Shown: positions 1-8,626 of the stretch, piece by piece | How positions within the stretch are numbered: the stretch's first letter is position 1 | Layout of the letters: every line of letters begins with the position of its first letter | Assembly (NCBI GenBank): GCA_028712475.1 | Contig: JAQTQB010000010.1 | Span: 50,077 to 114,076, forward strand | DNA length: 64,000 bases | Direction: 5' to 3' | From: Verrucomicrobiales bacterium | Lineage (GTDB): Bacteria > Verrucomicrobiota > Verrucomicrobiia > Limisphaerales > UBA11358 | The notes under the pieces: model-generated | What the model saw: only the letters and a program-made list of their open reading frames with translations | Told to the model about the DNA's origin: nothing | Database searches by the model: none | Program-made: the position numbers and the translations under genes

Positions 1-992
1 GCAGAAGATTCAGCAGCAGCATTATGTTTCGCGGCAATGACGGTCACGGACAGACGATCCCTCATCCGCATGTCCACCGCCGCGCCCATGATGATTTGCA
101 CGTGTTCGCAGTGGCGGCCGATCTGTTCCATCACGCGGTTCACCTCGGCCATCGTCAAATCTTTGCCGCCCATCAAACTCACCAGCACCGCGTCGGAATC
201 CGCCAGCGCGCGGCCTTCGTCGAGCAGCGGATGAATGAGCAGTTTTTCCACCACCTCGCGCGAACGTCCCGCGCCGCTGGCTTCGACAAACGCAAAGGAA
301 CTTTCCGAATGACGATTACGCACGAGCGCGCACAAGTCGTCGAAATGAATCTGGATCAGGCCGGGGCGCGTGAGCAGTTGCCACACGCCGCGCACGCCTT
401 CGACCAGCAATCCGCCCGTGATGCGAAACGTGTCGAGCACGCTGGTGTTCTCGTCAATCAGCTTGAACGCTTTCTGGCTCGGCAGGCAGATGACGCCGTC
501 GGCGACGGATTTGAGCTGCTCCAGGCTTTGCCTAGCCTGCTGCTGGCGGCGGTTGCCTTCGCACAAAAACGGCAGCGTGACAAACGCCAGCACCAATGCA
601 CCGGTTTCCTTGGCCGCGCGCGCCAGCACGGGACTGATGCCGCTGCCCGCGCCGCCGCCCAGACCGGAAATAATCAAAACCACATCCGCGCCTCCGCACG
701 CCGTCTTGAGCGTGGAGAATTGTTCCTCGGCGATGGCCTGGCCGCGTTCGGCATCGCCGCCGGTGCCAAGACCGCGCAACAATTTCGTTTCAAGATGGAT
801 TTTCACCATCGCCGCCGACGCCGCAAGCGATGTCCCGTCCGTATTGATGGCCACCATGCCTGCGCCGGCAAATTCCACGCCGTCCAGCGTGTCGAGCAGG
901 CTGACGCCCGCGCCGCCGACGCCGATGATTTTGATCGTGCGCATGTGATTCGATTTGAGTTCCACCGCCGGAGTTTCGGTTTTTGTTTTCAT
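1..992 (-). CDS. ftsZ: Cell division GTPase FtsZ (3' end truncated by window edge)
   Basis: Absent from the ORF track because it runs off the edge. My translation from the ATG at 992-990 gives MKTKTETPAVELKSNHMRTIKIIGVGGAGVS..AINTDG..GLGTGGDAERG..LIISGLGGGAGSGISP..FVTLPFLCEGNRR..PGLIQIHFDDL, which carries tubulin/FtsZ motifs. The gene starts 16 nt after the ftsA stop, the canonical dcw position. Confidence 0.85.
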   Translation of the reverse strand, partial: MKTKTETPAVELKSNHMRTIKIIGVGGAGVSLLDTLDGVEFAGAGMVAINTDGTSLAASAAMVKIHLETKLLRGLGTGGDAERGQAIAEEQFSTLKTACGGADVVLIISGLGGGAGSGISPVLARAAKETGALVLAFVTLPFLCEGNRRQQQARQSLEQLKSVADGVICLPSQKAFKLIDENTSVLDTFRITGGLLVEGVRGVWQLLTRPGLIQIHFDDLCALVRNRHSESSFAFVEASGAGRSREVVEKLLIHPLLDEGRALADSDAVLVSLMGGKDLTMAEVNRVMEQIGRHCEHVQIIMGAAVDMRMRDRLSVTVIAAKHNAAAESS

Positions 993-1008
993 GGCGAATG
1001 TATTTTGT

Positions 1009-2229
1009 TTAGCGGCGCAAAAAACTGGTGATGGTGCTTTTGATTCCCTGCGCGATGGACGTTTTGCCATCCGTGCGGCGGGATTTGACCGAGCCGAACT
1101 TGGCCAGCCCGATGGCGGTGACAAATTCCGGCTGATCCAACGCGGATTTCAGCCCGCTGATGGAATTGGTCTGGCCGATGGAAACCGGCAGTTGCAAAAT
1201 CCGCTCGGCGAGCGGCGCCATCTGCGGCACGCGCGCACCGCCGCCACAAAGAAAAACCCCGGCACGCAGATAATCCGTCAGCCCGGCCTGCTCCAAGTCC
1301 GACGCGATGATCTGGAAAATTTCCTCCAATCGCAGCGACATGATGCGCTGCAAATGTTCAACATTGATCGTCTTTAGCGGCAGGCCGAGTTCGTTCGTGA
1401 TGGTGAGCGTCCGTCCGATCATCGTCTCGTCCACGAGCGCGGAGCCGTGTTCGAGCTTCAATTTTTCCGCGCGGCTCAACGGCACTTTCAAGCCGTGACC
1501 GAGATCGTTGGAAACGTGGTCGCCGCCGACCGCCAGCACGCCGGTGTGCTTGATGACGCCATCGGCATAGACGACGTAATCCGTCGTGCCAGCCCCGATG
1601 TCAATGACCAGCGCGCCCAGCTCCTTCTGCTCGCTCGTCAGCAAGGCGAGCGACGAGGCCAGCCCGCTGGAAACAATTTCCTCCACCTTCAACTGCAAAC
1701 CTTTCACCAGCCGGATGGCGTTTTGCAGGCGGTTCGTGTTGCCGTGAACGACGTGCATGTCCACTTCGATCCGCGCGCCCAGCATCCCGACGGGATCGGT
1801 GACGCCGCCGTGGCCGTCCACCAAAAAGTGCTGGCGCACAGCATGGATGATGGTGTTTTCCGCCGGCAGATTGATCGCCTTCGCGTTTTTGACGACATCC
1901 TGCACGTCTTCCTTGGAGATTTCCCGGTCGGCGGAAACCACCGGATGCACGCCGCGATTGTTGAAACCGCGGATGTGCCCGCCGGTCACGCCCAGATAAA
2001 CGCTGCGGATTTCCACGTCGGCCATCTGCTCGGCCTCGACGATGGCGTTGCGCACGTCTTCCTCGACCATCGCGGCGTCGGCGATCTCGCCTTTGCGCAC
2101 GCCGCGCGAACGCGACTGGCCAAGCCCGACGATGTTCAGCGAACCGTCGTCGCCCTGCTCGCCAACGACGGCGCAGACTTTTGAAGTGCCGATCTCCAGG
2201 CCGACTATGATGTTGGACTCGTCAAACAT
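1009..2229 (-). CDS. ftsA: Cell division protein FtsA (actin-like ATPase)
   Basis: 406 aa. Contains VGLEIGTSKVCAVV and DIGAGTTD actin-fold phosphate motifs. Lies between ftsQ and ftsZ. Confidence 0.9.
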   Translation of the reverse strand: MFDESNIIVGLEIGTSKVCAVVGEQGDDGSLNIVGLGQSRSRGVRKGEIADAAMVEEDVRNAIVEAEQMADVEIRSVYLGVTGGHIRGFNNRGVHPVVSADREISKEDVQDVVKNAKAINLPAENTIIHAVRQHFLVDGHGGVTDPVGMLGARIEVDMHVVHGNTNRLQNAIRLVKGLQLKVEEIVSSGLASSLALLTSEQKELGALVIDIGAGTTDYVVYADGVIKHTGVLAVGGDHVSNDLGHGLKVPLSRAEKLKLEHGSALVDETMIGRTLTITNELGLPLKTINVEHLQRIMSLRLEEIFQIIASDLEQAGLTDYLRAGVFLCGGGARVPQMAPLAERILQLPVSIGQTNSISGLKSALDQPEFVTAIGLAKFGSVKSRRTDGKTSIAQGIKSTITSFLRR

Positions 2230-3181
2230 TTCTCCTCCGGGTTTTTGTGGGGGTGGATTTTTTCGGGGCGGTCACCGGCACGACGCTGGACGCCGCCCAA
2301 CGCACGGGAACGTTGTTGGACACGGCCAGATCCGCCGAAGCGATCGTCTTGCTCATGGTTTGTCCCAAATCATAAATTTTCCGCCAGCGCAACAATTGTT
2401 GCTCCAAGTTTTCCAAAGCGAAAGTGATTTCGCTCCCCTGCCCGGTCGTCGCCACAACCACGCCCGGCTGCGAAACGTCCACGCGCCGCAAGTCCACCAG
2501 CCCCGCCATCGGCGAATGGTCGAACGCGCCGATCAGCGCCAGGGCCGCCTGCACCTGCGGCGACTCGACGCGATGCCCCGGCTGCAATTGATAGACGTTC
2601 AGCCCCGTGATCACCGGCAACTGCTCGGTCATCTGCGCCAGTGGAATCACGCACAGGCGCGGGTCGAGCGGCTGCATGACGTTGCCGTCGGCGTCCACTT
2701 GAAAAACTGAAATGGCGATGCCACCGGCGCCACCCGCAGTCGGCACGTTCACCTGCGCCACCGGGTTGCGCTCGGTCACGCGAACTTTCAACGTGCGCGG
2801 CAGCACACGCTCAATCGAGACCGAATCAATCGTCGAAACCAGTTCCAAGTTGCGCTTCACCGAAGCCAGATCCAGCGCGATGAGATTTGCGCCGATCCGC
2901 ACGCGCGTCCAGCGGCGCAATTGTTCCGGCGCGATCACCCCGTCCGTCTGCACTTCGATGTTCTGGATGGCGAACGTGGAATTTTCATAGACGAATTTAT
3001 CCAGCGCCCACGCGCCCGTGCGCCACAGCAGATAAAGCCCGAACACCGTGCCGAACGTCACGCCCAGCGCGATGGACGCGAGCCGCGTGCGCGTCGCGCG
3101 CACCTGGTCGGAGCGCAGCTTCACGTCGAGCACACGCCCGCGATTCAACCGCCGGTTTTTTGGTTCACGCTTAAACCACAT
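2222..3181 (-). CDS. ftsQ: Cell division protein FtsQ/DivIB-like (bitopic, POTRA)
   Basis: Likely start is MWFKREPKNRR (internal Met of ORF 2222..3256). It has one TM helix (LASIALGVTFGTVFGLYLLW) followed by a POTRA-like region. Position is between ddl and ftsA. Confidence 0.7.
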   Translation of the reverse strand: MWFKREPKNRRLNRGRVLDVKLRSDQVRATRTRLASIALGVTFGTVFGLYLLWRTGAWALDKFVYENSTFAIQNIEVQTDGVIAPEQLRRWTRVRIGANLIALDLASVKRNLELVSTIDSVSIERVLPRTLKVRVTERNPVAQVNVPTAGGAGGIAISVFQVDADGNVMQPLDPRLCVIPLAQMTEQLPVITGLNVYQLQPGHRVESPQVQAALALIGAFDHSPMAGLVDLRRVDVSQPGVVVATTGQGSEITFALENLEQQLLRWRKIYDLGQTMSKTIASADLAVSNNVPVRWAASSVVPVTAPKKSTPTKTRRRNV

Positions 3182-3233
3182 TTGTTCAATTAAAAATTGT
3201 GAATTAAAAATTAAAAATGGCGGAGCGCGGGCT

Positions 3234-4259
3234 TTAGCCCGCTTCAACCCCTGCACCTGCCAGTTTGTTGGAAAAGGCCACGCCAGCCTTGCTCTCGCCT
3301 GTCAAAGCGGCATAAATGCCGCGCTCCGACAATCTCACACTTTTAATTTTTGATTTTTCATCCCGTTTCAGCGCCAGATCAATCATCCGCTGACACAATT
3401 CCGCATAACCCAGCCCCGCCTCCGCCGCCGCCTTTGGCAGCAAACTCGTCTCTGTCATGCCGGGCAGCGTGTTCACTTCGAGAACAACTGGCTCGCCATT
3501 TGAGCAAACCATCACGTCCACGCGCGCATAATCGCGTCCGCCAATCGCGTGAAACGCGCCGAGCGCGGCGTCCTGAATCCGCTTCGTCGCCGCCGCATCA
3601 AAATCTGCCGGGCAAAAATATTCCGTCTCTCCCGCCGTGTATTTGCTCCGCTCGTCATACCGGCCGGACTTGGGACGAACCTCAACGACCGGCAGCGCTT
3701 CGCCCGCCAAAATGCCCACCGTCGTCTCGCGCCCGACGATTCTTTCTTCGACCAGCAGTTGCGAATCGTAGCGGAACGCCTCGCGCAGTGCATTTTTCCA
3801 GTCCGACACGCGCTCCACGAACTGCAGGCCCACGCTCGAACCCTGCCGCACCGGTTTCACCACCAGCGGCGGCTGCCAGCCCATCGGCCACGGCGTTTTG
3901 GCGGATTCGACCACCAGAAATTTCGCCGTCGGAACCCCGGCCTCGATGCACCGCTGTTTCGTCAGCACCTTGTCGAACGCGATGCGGCTCGCCACGGCAT
4001 CGCAGCCGGTGTAAGGCACGCCGAGTTTTTCCAACTGTTGCTGCACCGTGCCGTCCTCGCCGTAGGTCCCGTGCAACGCCAGAAACACCGCGTCCGTGTC
4101 CGGCGGCAAAATCCAGTCCGGCTTTTCCGGATCCAGTTCCACCACCGTGTGGCCGAGCGAACGCAACGCCTTGGCCACCCCCGCGCCGGAATTCAGCGAG
4201 ACTTTCCGCTCGGCGCTGGGGCCGCCGAGCATCACCACAATTTTTAATTTTCCATGCAT
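3234..4259 (-). CDS. ddl: D-alanine--D-alanine ligase
   Basis: N-terminus reads MHGKLKIVVMLGGPSAERKVSLNSG, and the body has ATP-grasp character. I chose the internal Met so the gene abuts the murB stop at 4261. Confidence 0.9.
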   Translation of the reverse strand: MHGKLKIVVMLGGPSAERKVSLNSGAGVAKALRSLGHTVVELDPEKPDWILPPDTDAVFLALHGTYGEDGTVQQQLEKLGVPYTGCDAVASRIAFDKVLTKQRCIEAGVPTAKFLVVESAKTPWPMGWQPPLVVKPVRQGSSVGLQFVERVSDWKNALREAFRYDSQLLVEERIVGRETTVGILAGEALPVVEVRPKSGRYDERSKYTAGETEYFCPADFDAAATKRIQDAALGAFHAIGGRDYARVDVMVCSNGEPVVLEVNTLPGMTETSLLPKAAAEAGLGYAELCQRMIDLALKRDEKSKIKSVRLSERGIYAALTGESKAGVAFSNKLAGAGVEAG

Positions 4260-4260
4260 A

Positions 4261-5211
4261 TTAATCTTCGCCAATAATTTCAACTTCCGTGTGCAGTTCG
4301 ATGCCGCGCGCTTCCTTCGCCCGCGCCTGGAGCAGCGCAATCAATTCCAAAACGTCGCGCGCCGTCGCGGTGCCGCCGTTCACGACGAAATTGCCGTGCT
4401 CCAGCGAGACCATCGCCCCGCCGACATGCGCGCCTTTCAGCCCGATTTCATCAATCAATTTTCCCGCCGGAACCGCCGCCGTGTTTTTGAAAATGCAGCC
4501 GGCGCTCGGCGCGGCGGGCTGCGATTCCCAGCGCTTTTCGCTATATGCCATCATGCGCCGCTCGATCTCCGCGCGCGGCAGCGGCGTGCATTTGAACACC
4601 GCGCCCAGCGCAACGTGCGTTTTCAGCAGCGGGCACGCGCGATATTCCACCGGCACCTCGCCCGCGACGCGTTCGTGGATTTCACCGTCATAATCCATGA
4701 ACCGGAACGACTCGACCGCGCCAAACGTCGCCGCTCCCATCGCGCCCGCGTTCATGCGCAACGCGCCGCCGACGCTGCCGGGAATGCCTTCCAAAAATTC
4801 CACGCCGCTCAAATTGTTCCGTTTGGCTTCGACCGAAACATTCTTCAACTTCGCGCCCGCGCCGCAATGCAGCCGTTCGCCAACGATCTCAATCTTGCTG
4901 AAATGCGGATGCGCCAGACAGATCACCACGCCGCGCACGCCGCCGTCGCGCACGAGCAGATTCGAGCCGCGTCCAAGAATGAAAAATGGCACGTCACGGT
5001 CGCCGCAAAATTTCAGGACGTTCGCCAGATCCGCTTCCGACGCCGGTTCCACGTAAACATCAGCCGGGCCACCGATGCGCATGGTCGTGTGCTTCGCCAG
5101 CGGTTCATCGCGAAGGATCACGGTCGCGCGCAAAACGCGGGCGGCCAGTTCATCGGCAATGTTTTTTTCAATTCGCATCGGGCTTTCCAAAATGTTCGCG
5201 GCCGGCGTCAT
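4261..5211 (-). CDS. murB: UDP-N-acetylenolpyruvoylglucosamine reductase
   Basis: 316 aa. FAD-binding MurB-like sequence (HTTMRIGGPADVYVEP, GRGSNLLV). dcw context. Confidence 0.9.
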   Translation of the reverse strand: MTPAANILESPMRIEKNIADELAARVLRATVILRDEPLAKHTTMRIGGPADVYVEPASEADLANVLKFCGDRDVPFFILGRGSNLLVRDGGVRGVVICLAHPHFSKIEIVGERLHCGAGAKLKNVSVEAKRNNLSGVEFLEGIPGSVGGALRMNAGAMGAATFGAVESFRFMDYDGEIHERVAGEVPVEYRACPLLKTHVALGAVFKCTPLPRAEIERRMMAYSEKRWESQPAAPSAGCIFKNTAAVPAGKLIDEIGLKGAHVGGAMVSLEHGNFVVNGGTATARDVLELIALLQARAKEARGIELHTEVEIIGED

Positions 5212-5214
5212 GGT

Positions 5215-6429
5215 TCAATGCGCGTGTTTGGCCGGACCGTGCGCGTGGCCGCAGCCACAGGTTGATTTACGCGCGGCAACCGCTTCCTGCTGCTGCGCAA
5301 TCGCGGTCAAAATTATTTCCGCGATCTGTTCTGCCGCTGCCGGCGCGTGCCATTGGGTGAGCGCAGATTGCATTGCAACGCGGGTCGAATTGTTCTCAAC
5401 CAATTCGCATAGCAGCGCGGCGACTTTTTCGGGCGTGGAGTTTTTCTGTTCGAGCAGTTTTGCCGCGCCGGTTTTTTCAAACGCCAGCGCGTTTATAAAT
5501 TGATGATTATCCGCCGCCGCCGGATACGGCACGAGCAGCGACGGCAGCCGCATAGCCGCGATTTCCGCGAGCGACGACGCCCCGGCGCGGCTGACAGAAA
5601 CCGTCGCGGCACCGAGCGCCAGATCCATTTCGGCAAGGAACGGTTTGACCACCGCTTCGATTCCCCGCGCGGCATAAGCCTGTTTCACCTTTTCAAAATC
5701 ACTCGTGCCGGTGAGATGGAGCCATTGCCACGCGGAGGCACGGTCACCAAGCGCAGGCAGCGCAGACAAAACCATGTCGTTCAGTCCGCTTGCGCCCTGG
5801 CTGCCGCCCATGACCAGAACGACAGGACGGTTTGGATCAAGGCCGAGGGCGATGCGAAATTCCTTCAGTTTGGACTCGACGGAGTCTCGCCCCACCGGAT
5901 TTTGGTCTGCCGCAAATTGCGGGCGGACGGGAGTGCCGGTGGTCGTGACCTTGCGCGCCTTCAACCGCGAACCGGCATCGGGAAATCCGACGAACGCCCC
6001 GTCCACGAACCGGGATAGAAAACGGTTGGCGCGTCCGGGGATAGTGTTGGATTCGTGCAGGAAAGTTTTCGCGCCGCAGTCCTTGGCGGCGAGAATTGGT
6101 GGCGCGCTGGTGAATCCACCCATCGCCAGAACTGCGTCGGGCTTGCGTTGTTTGAAAAACTTGGACGATGCGCGCCACGATTGCCAGAAGCTGCGGCCGA
6201 ACGAAAAGTAATTGCGGTTTTGCAGCGCGACGGCGGGCAGTGTGAAAATTTCCATGCCACGCGCCGATTTCACGGCTTGTTGATCCACGTCCTTGGGCGA
6301 GATGAGCAGCGCGACGGTGCAGCCGCGTTTCTGGAGCTGTTGGGCGACGGCAAGCCCCGGAAAGAGATGCCCGCCCGTGCCGCCACAGGCGATGGCGACA
6401 AAGGGCGATTTGGCGGCGGATGAACTCAT
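5215..6429 (-). CDS. murG: UDP-N-acetylglucosamine--N-acetylmuramyl-(pentapeptide) pyrophosphoryl-undecaprenol GlcNAc transferase, with a Cys/His-rich C-terminal tail
   Basis: GGTGGHLFPG motif and glycosyltransferase-28 layout. Overlaps the ftsW stop by 4 nt. Confidence 0.9.
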   Translation of the reverse strand: MSSSAAKSPFVAIACGGTGGHLFPGLAVAQQLQKRGCTVALLISPKDVDQQAVKSARGMEIFTLPAVALQNRNYFSFGRSFWQSWRASSKFFKQRKPDAVLAMGGFTSAPPILAAKDCGAKTFLHESNTIPGRANRFLSRFVDGAFVGFPDAGSRLKARKVTTTGTPVRPQFAADQNPVGRDSVESKLKEFRIALGLDPNRPVVLVMGGSQGASGLNDMVLSALPALGDRASAWQWLHLTGTSDFEKVKQAYAARGIEAVVKPFLAEMDLALGAATVSVSRAGASSLAEIAAMRLPSLLVPYPAAADNHQFINALAFEKTGAAKLLEQKNSTPEKVAALLCELVENNSTRVAMQSALTQWHAPAAAEQIAEIILTAIAQQQEAVAARKSTCGCGHAHGPAKHAH

Positions 6430-7583
6430 GTGGCTTTGGCGGCAAACGGATTATCGCCGTGGTCGGCGGCGGATTCGGAAACTTTTTCACGCACGTGCGC
6501 CTGCCGCGCGACGCTGAACAGCAGCCCGATGCATGTCAGCATCGCCAGCAGGTTCGAGCCGCCGTAACTGATGAACGGCAGCGGCAAACCCTTGTTCGGC
6601 AGCGCGCTGGTGACGACACCGATGTTGATGGCGGCTTGCAGGCTGATGAGAAAGGTGATCCCGGATGCGAGCAAAAATCCAAAGGTGTCGCGCGCGTGCA
6701 TCGCGATGTAAATGCCGCAAACGGCCATGACGACGAACGCCACCACGACAAACAGCGTGGCCACCAAGCCAAGTTCCTCGCCGATGTTTGCGAAAATAAA
6801 GTCGGTGTGGATTTCGGGCAGCCAGCCAAATTTCCGCACGCCGTTGCCGAGGCCGACGCCGAACCAGCCGCCGTTGCCGAGGCCGAGCATGGCCTGTTGC
6901 GCCTGCAACGCCGCGCCATTGAGATGATCCTCGGGATGCAGCCACGCGAAGATTCGCCCCATGCGCATCGGGTCGTGCAAAATGGAAACCACCAGCCCCG
7001 CCGCGCCCGCCGCCGCTGGAATCAAAATGTGCTTCCACTGAACCCCGGCGATCAGAAGCATCACCCCGGTGACAGCGGACAACAGGATGGTTGTGCCGCG
7101 GTCAGGTTCAACAAAGATGAGGCCGAGAATCAAACCGGCCATCGCCGCCGGAAATAAAATCCCGCGTTTGAAGGTGTGCATCTGGCGCTGATAACGGTCG
7201 CCATACCACGCGAGCATGATGATGAGCGTGATTTTGCCGAGTTCGGAGGGTTGAAAAGAGAACGGGCCGAACCCGATCCAGCGATGCGCGCCGTGGCTGG
7301 CACGTCCGATGTGCGGCACGAACACCAGCCCCAGCAAGAGCAGCGCAAAAATGAAAACCGGCCAGGCGAATTTTTTCAACAGTTGATAGTTGAGCGCCGT
7401 CGCCGTGACGCAAAAAACGAAACCGACGGCACACCACATGAGCTGCATTATCAGGTCGTGCGCGCCGGTTTCCACATGGGTTTTACGGTTTTCCAGCGCC
7501 CAGCTTGAGCTGTAGAGCATCACCAGACCCAGCGCGAGCAGGGCGGCGGCGCAAAAAGCCAGAGTTGTGACGGCGACTTTCAT
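6426..7583 (-). CDS. ftsW: SEDS-family peptidoglycan polymerase FtsW
   Basis: 385 aa polytopic membrane protein with FtsW/RodA-like sequence (PSELGKITLII, FISYGGSNLL). Confidence 0.9.
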   Translation of the reverse strand: MKVAVTTLAFCAAALLALGLVMLYSSSWALENRKTHVETGAHDLIMQLMWCAVGFVFCVTATALNYQLLKKFAWPVFIFALLLLGLVFVPHIGRASHGAHRWIGFGPFSFQPSELGKITLIIMLAWYGDRYQRQMHTFKRGILFPAAMAGLILGLIFVEPDRGTTILLSAVTGVMLLIAGVQWKHILIPAAAGAAGLVVSILHDPMRMGRIFAWLHPEDHLNGAALQAQQAMLGLGNGGWFGVGLGNGVRKFGWLPEIHTDFIFANIGEELGLVATLFVVVAFVVMAVCGIYIAMHARDTFGFLLASGITFLISLQAAINIGVVTSALPNKGLPLPFISYGGSNLLAMLTCIGLLFSVARQAHVREKVSESAADHGDNPFAAKAT

Positions 7584-7625
7584 TTCAATGTCTCAAAATA
7601 AATGCCAACCGAAATCATTCCGCGC

Positions 7626-8339
7626 TCACTTCGCAGGCTCGGTGGCCGGAACGACAGGCGCGGGCGCAACGGGAGCCGGTTCAACCAGCGGCGCGGGCAC
7701 CGCAACTGCCGCCTTCGCCGGGATTTTCAGCTTCTGCCCGGCCTTGATGCTGGTGGTGACCAGATTGTTTTCGGCCTGAATCGCCTTTACGGTCGTGCCA
7801 TGCAGCTTCGCAATCTTTGTCAAGGTATCGCCGGATTTGACGACATAGATTTCCACGCCGCCCGTTGAATCCATCGCCGCCGGTGCAACCGTGCCAGCCG
7901 TTCCGGCAGGGATCACAAGCTTCTGTCCGATTTTAAGCTTGGTCGGAACCACGCCGGGGTTCGCCGCTTCAAGCGCCTTGACCGTCACATGATTGCTCTT
8001 CGCAATTTTATCAAGCGTATCGCCCTTGACGACGACGTATTCAGCCCCGGCAGTTTCAACCGGAGGAACAATGGCCGGCGGCATCACCGCGACCGGCAGA
8101 TTCGTATCCACCACGGGAGCATTCGTGTCGGCGCTCGTCAGCAGGTTCGTGTCAATCGTCGGCGTGGTCATGTCGGTCTCGACAGGCTGCTCGCGCTTGC
8201 AACCCTGGATCAGCATCACCGCGAGGCCGGTGACGGCAACCGTCAACGAGCAGAACACCGCAAGTTTCAAACGCGAACGGCGCTTGCTTTGCAGTTCAAG
8301 GATTGAGCCTTTGGGAACGAATGGGTTTGTGTTGTTCAT
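7626..8339 (-). CDS. Bitopic membrane protein with two C-terminal LysM peptidoglycan-binding domains
   Basis: Short N-terminal segment, one TM helix (LAVFCSLTVAVTGLAVMLI), a Pro/Thr-rich linker, then two LysM repeats (YVVVKGDTLDKIAK.., YVVKSGDTLTKIAK..). It sits where murD normally lies. Confidence 0.8.
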   Translation of the reverse strand: MNNTNPFVPKGSILELQSKRRSRLKLAVFCSLTVAVTGLAVMLIQGCKREQPVETDMTTPTIDTNLLTSADTNAPVVDTNLPVAVMPPAIVPPVETAGAEYVVVKGDTLDKIAKSNHVTVKALEAANPGVVPTKLKIGQKLVIPAGTAGTVAPAAMDSTGGVEIYVVKSGDTLTKIAKLHGTTVKAIQAENNLVTTSIKAGQKLKIPAKAAVAVPAPLVEPAPVAPAPVVPATEPAK

Positions 8340-8623
8340 GAGTTTGGCGCTGGTAGCGTCCTTTCTTCGAGGTGGTTTTTATTGTTTTGATTTGTTCGCT
8401 GCGAAACTTTCCCTCGAAAAATTCCGCCGCGTGTTAAATAATTTCTGCCTGCTGCTTCCGGCTTGAAACCGCCGGTAAATTTGAAACCGCCGGGAAAAAC
8501 TGGATGCGCCCTGTTGCTGATGACGCGCCTTGCCGCTTGCGATAAAATTTTTAGCAGTCCCGTGCCGCCCGCGCAAGAAACAAAGCGGAAAATGCCGTCA
8601 TTTTTATTCAATGTCAGCGTCAT
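8336..8623 (-). CDS. Hypothetical small basic protein (95 aa). Coding status uncertain.
   Basis: The ORF exactly fills the mraY-LysM gap. Its ATG is 4 nt after the mraY stop, and its stop overlaps the LysM ATG (ATGA). However, its third-position GC is clearly lower than in the neighbouring genes. Confidence 0.35.
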   Translation of the reverse strand: MTLTLNKNDGIFRFVSCAGGTGLLKILSQAARRVISNRAHPVFPGGFKFTGGFKPEAAGRNYLTRGGIFRGKVSQRTNQNNKNHLEERTLPAPNS

Positions 8624-8626
8624 GTT

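Noticed and set aside
24-1031. 335-aa plus-strand ORF at the window start
   Set aside because: It is antisense to a clearly FtsZ-encoding minus-strand frame. The sequence is low-complexity and Arg/Ala/His-rich, typical of a high-GC shadow ORF.
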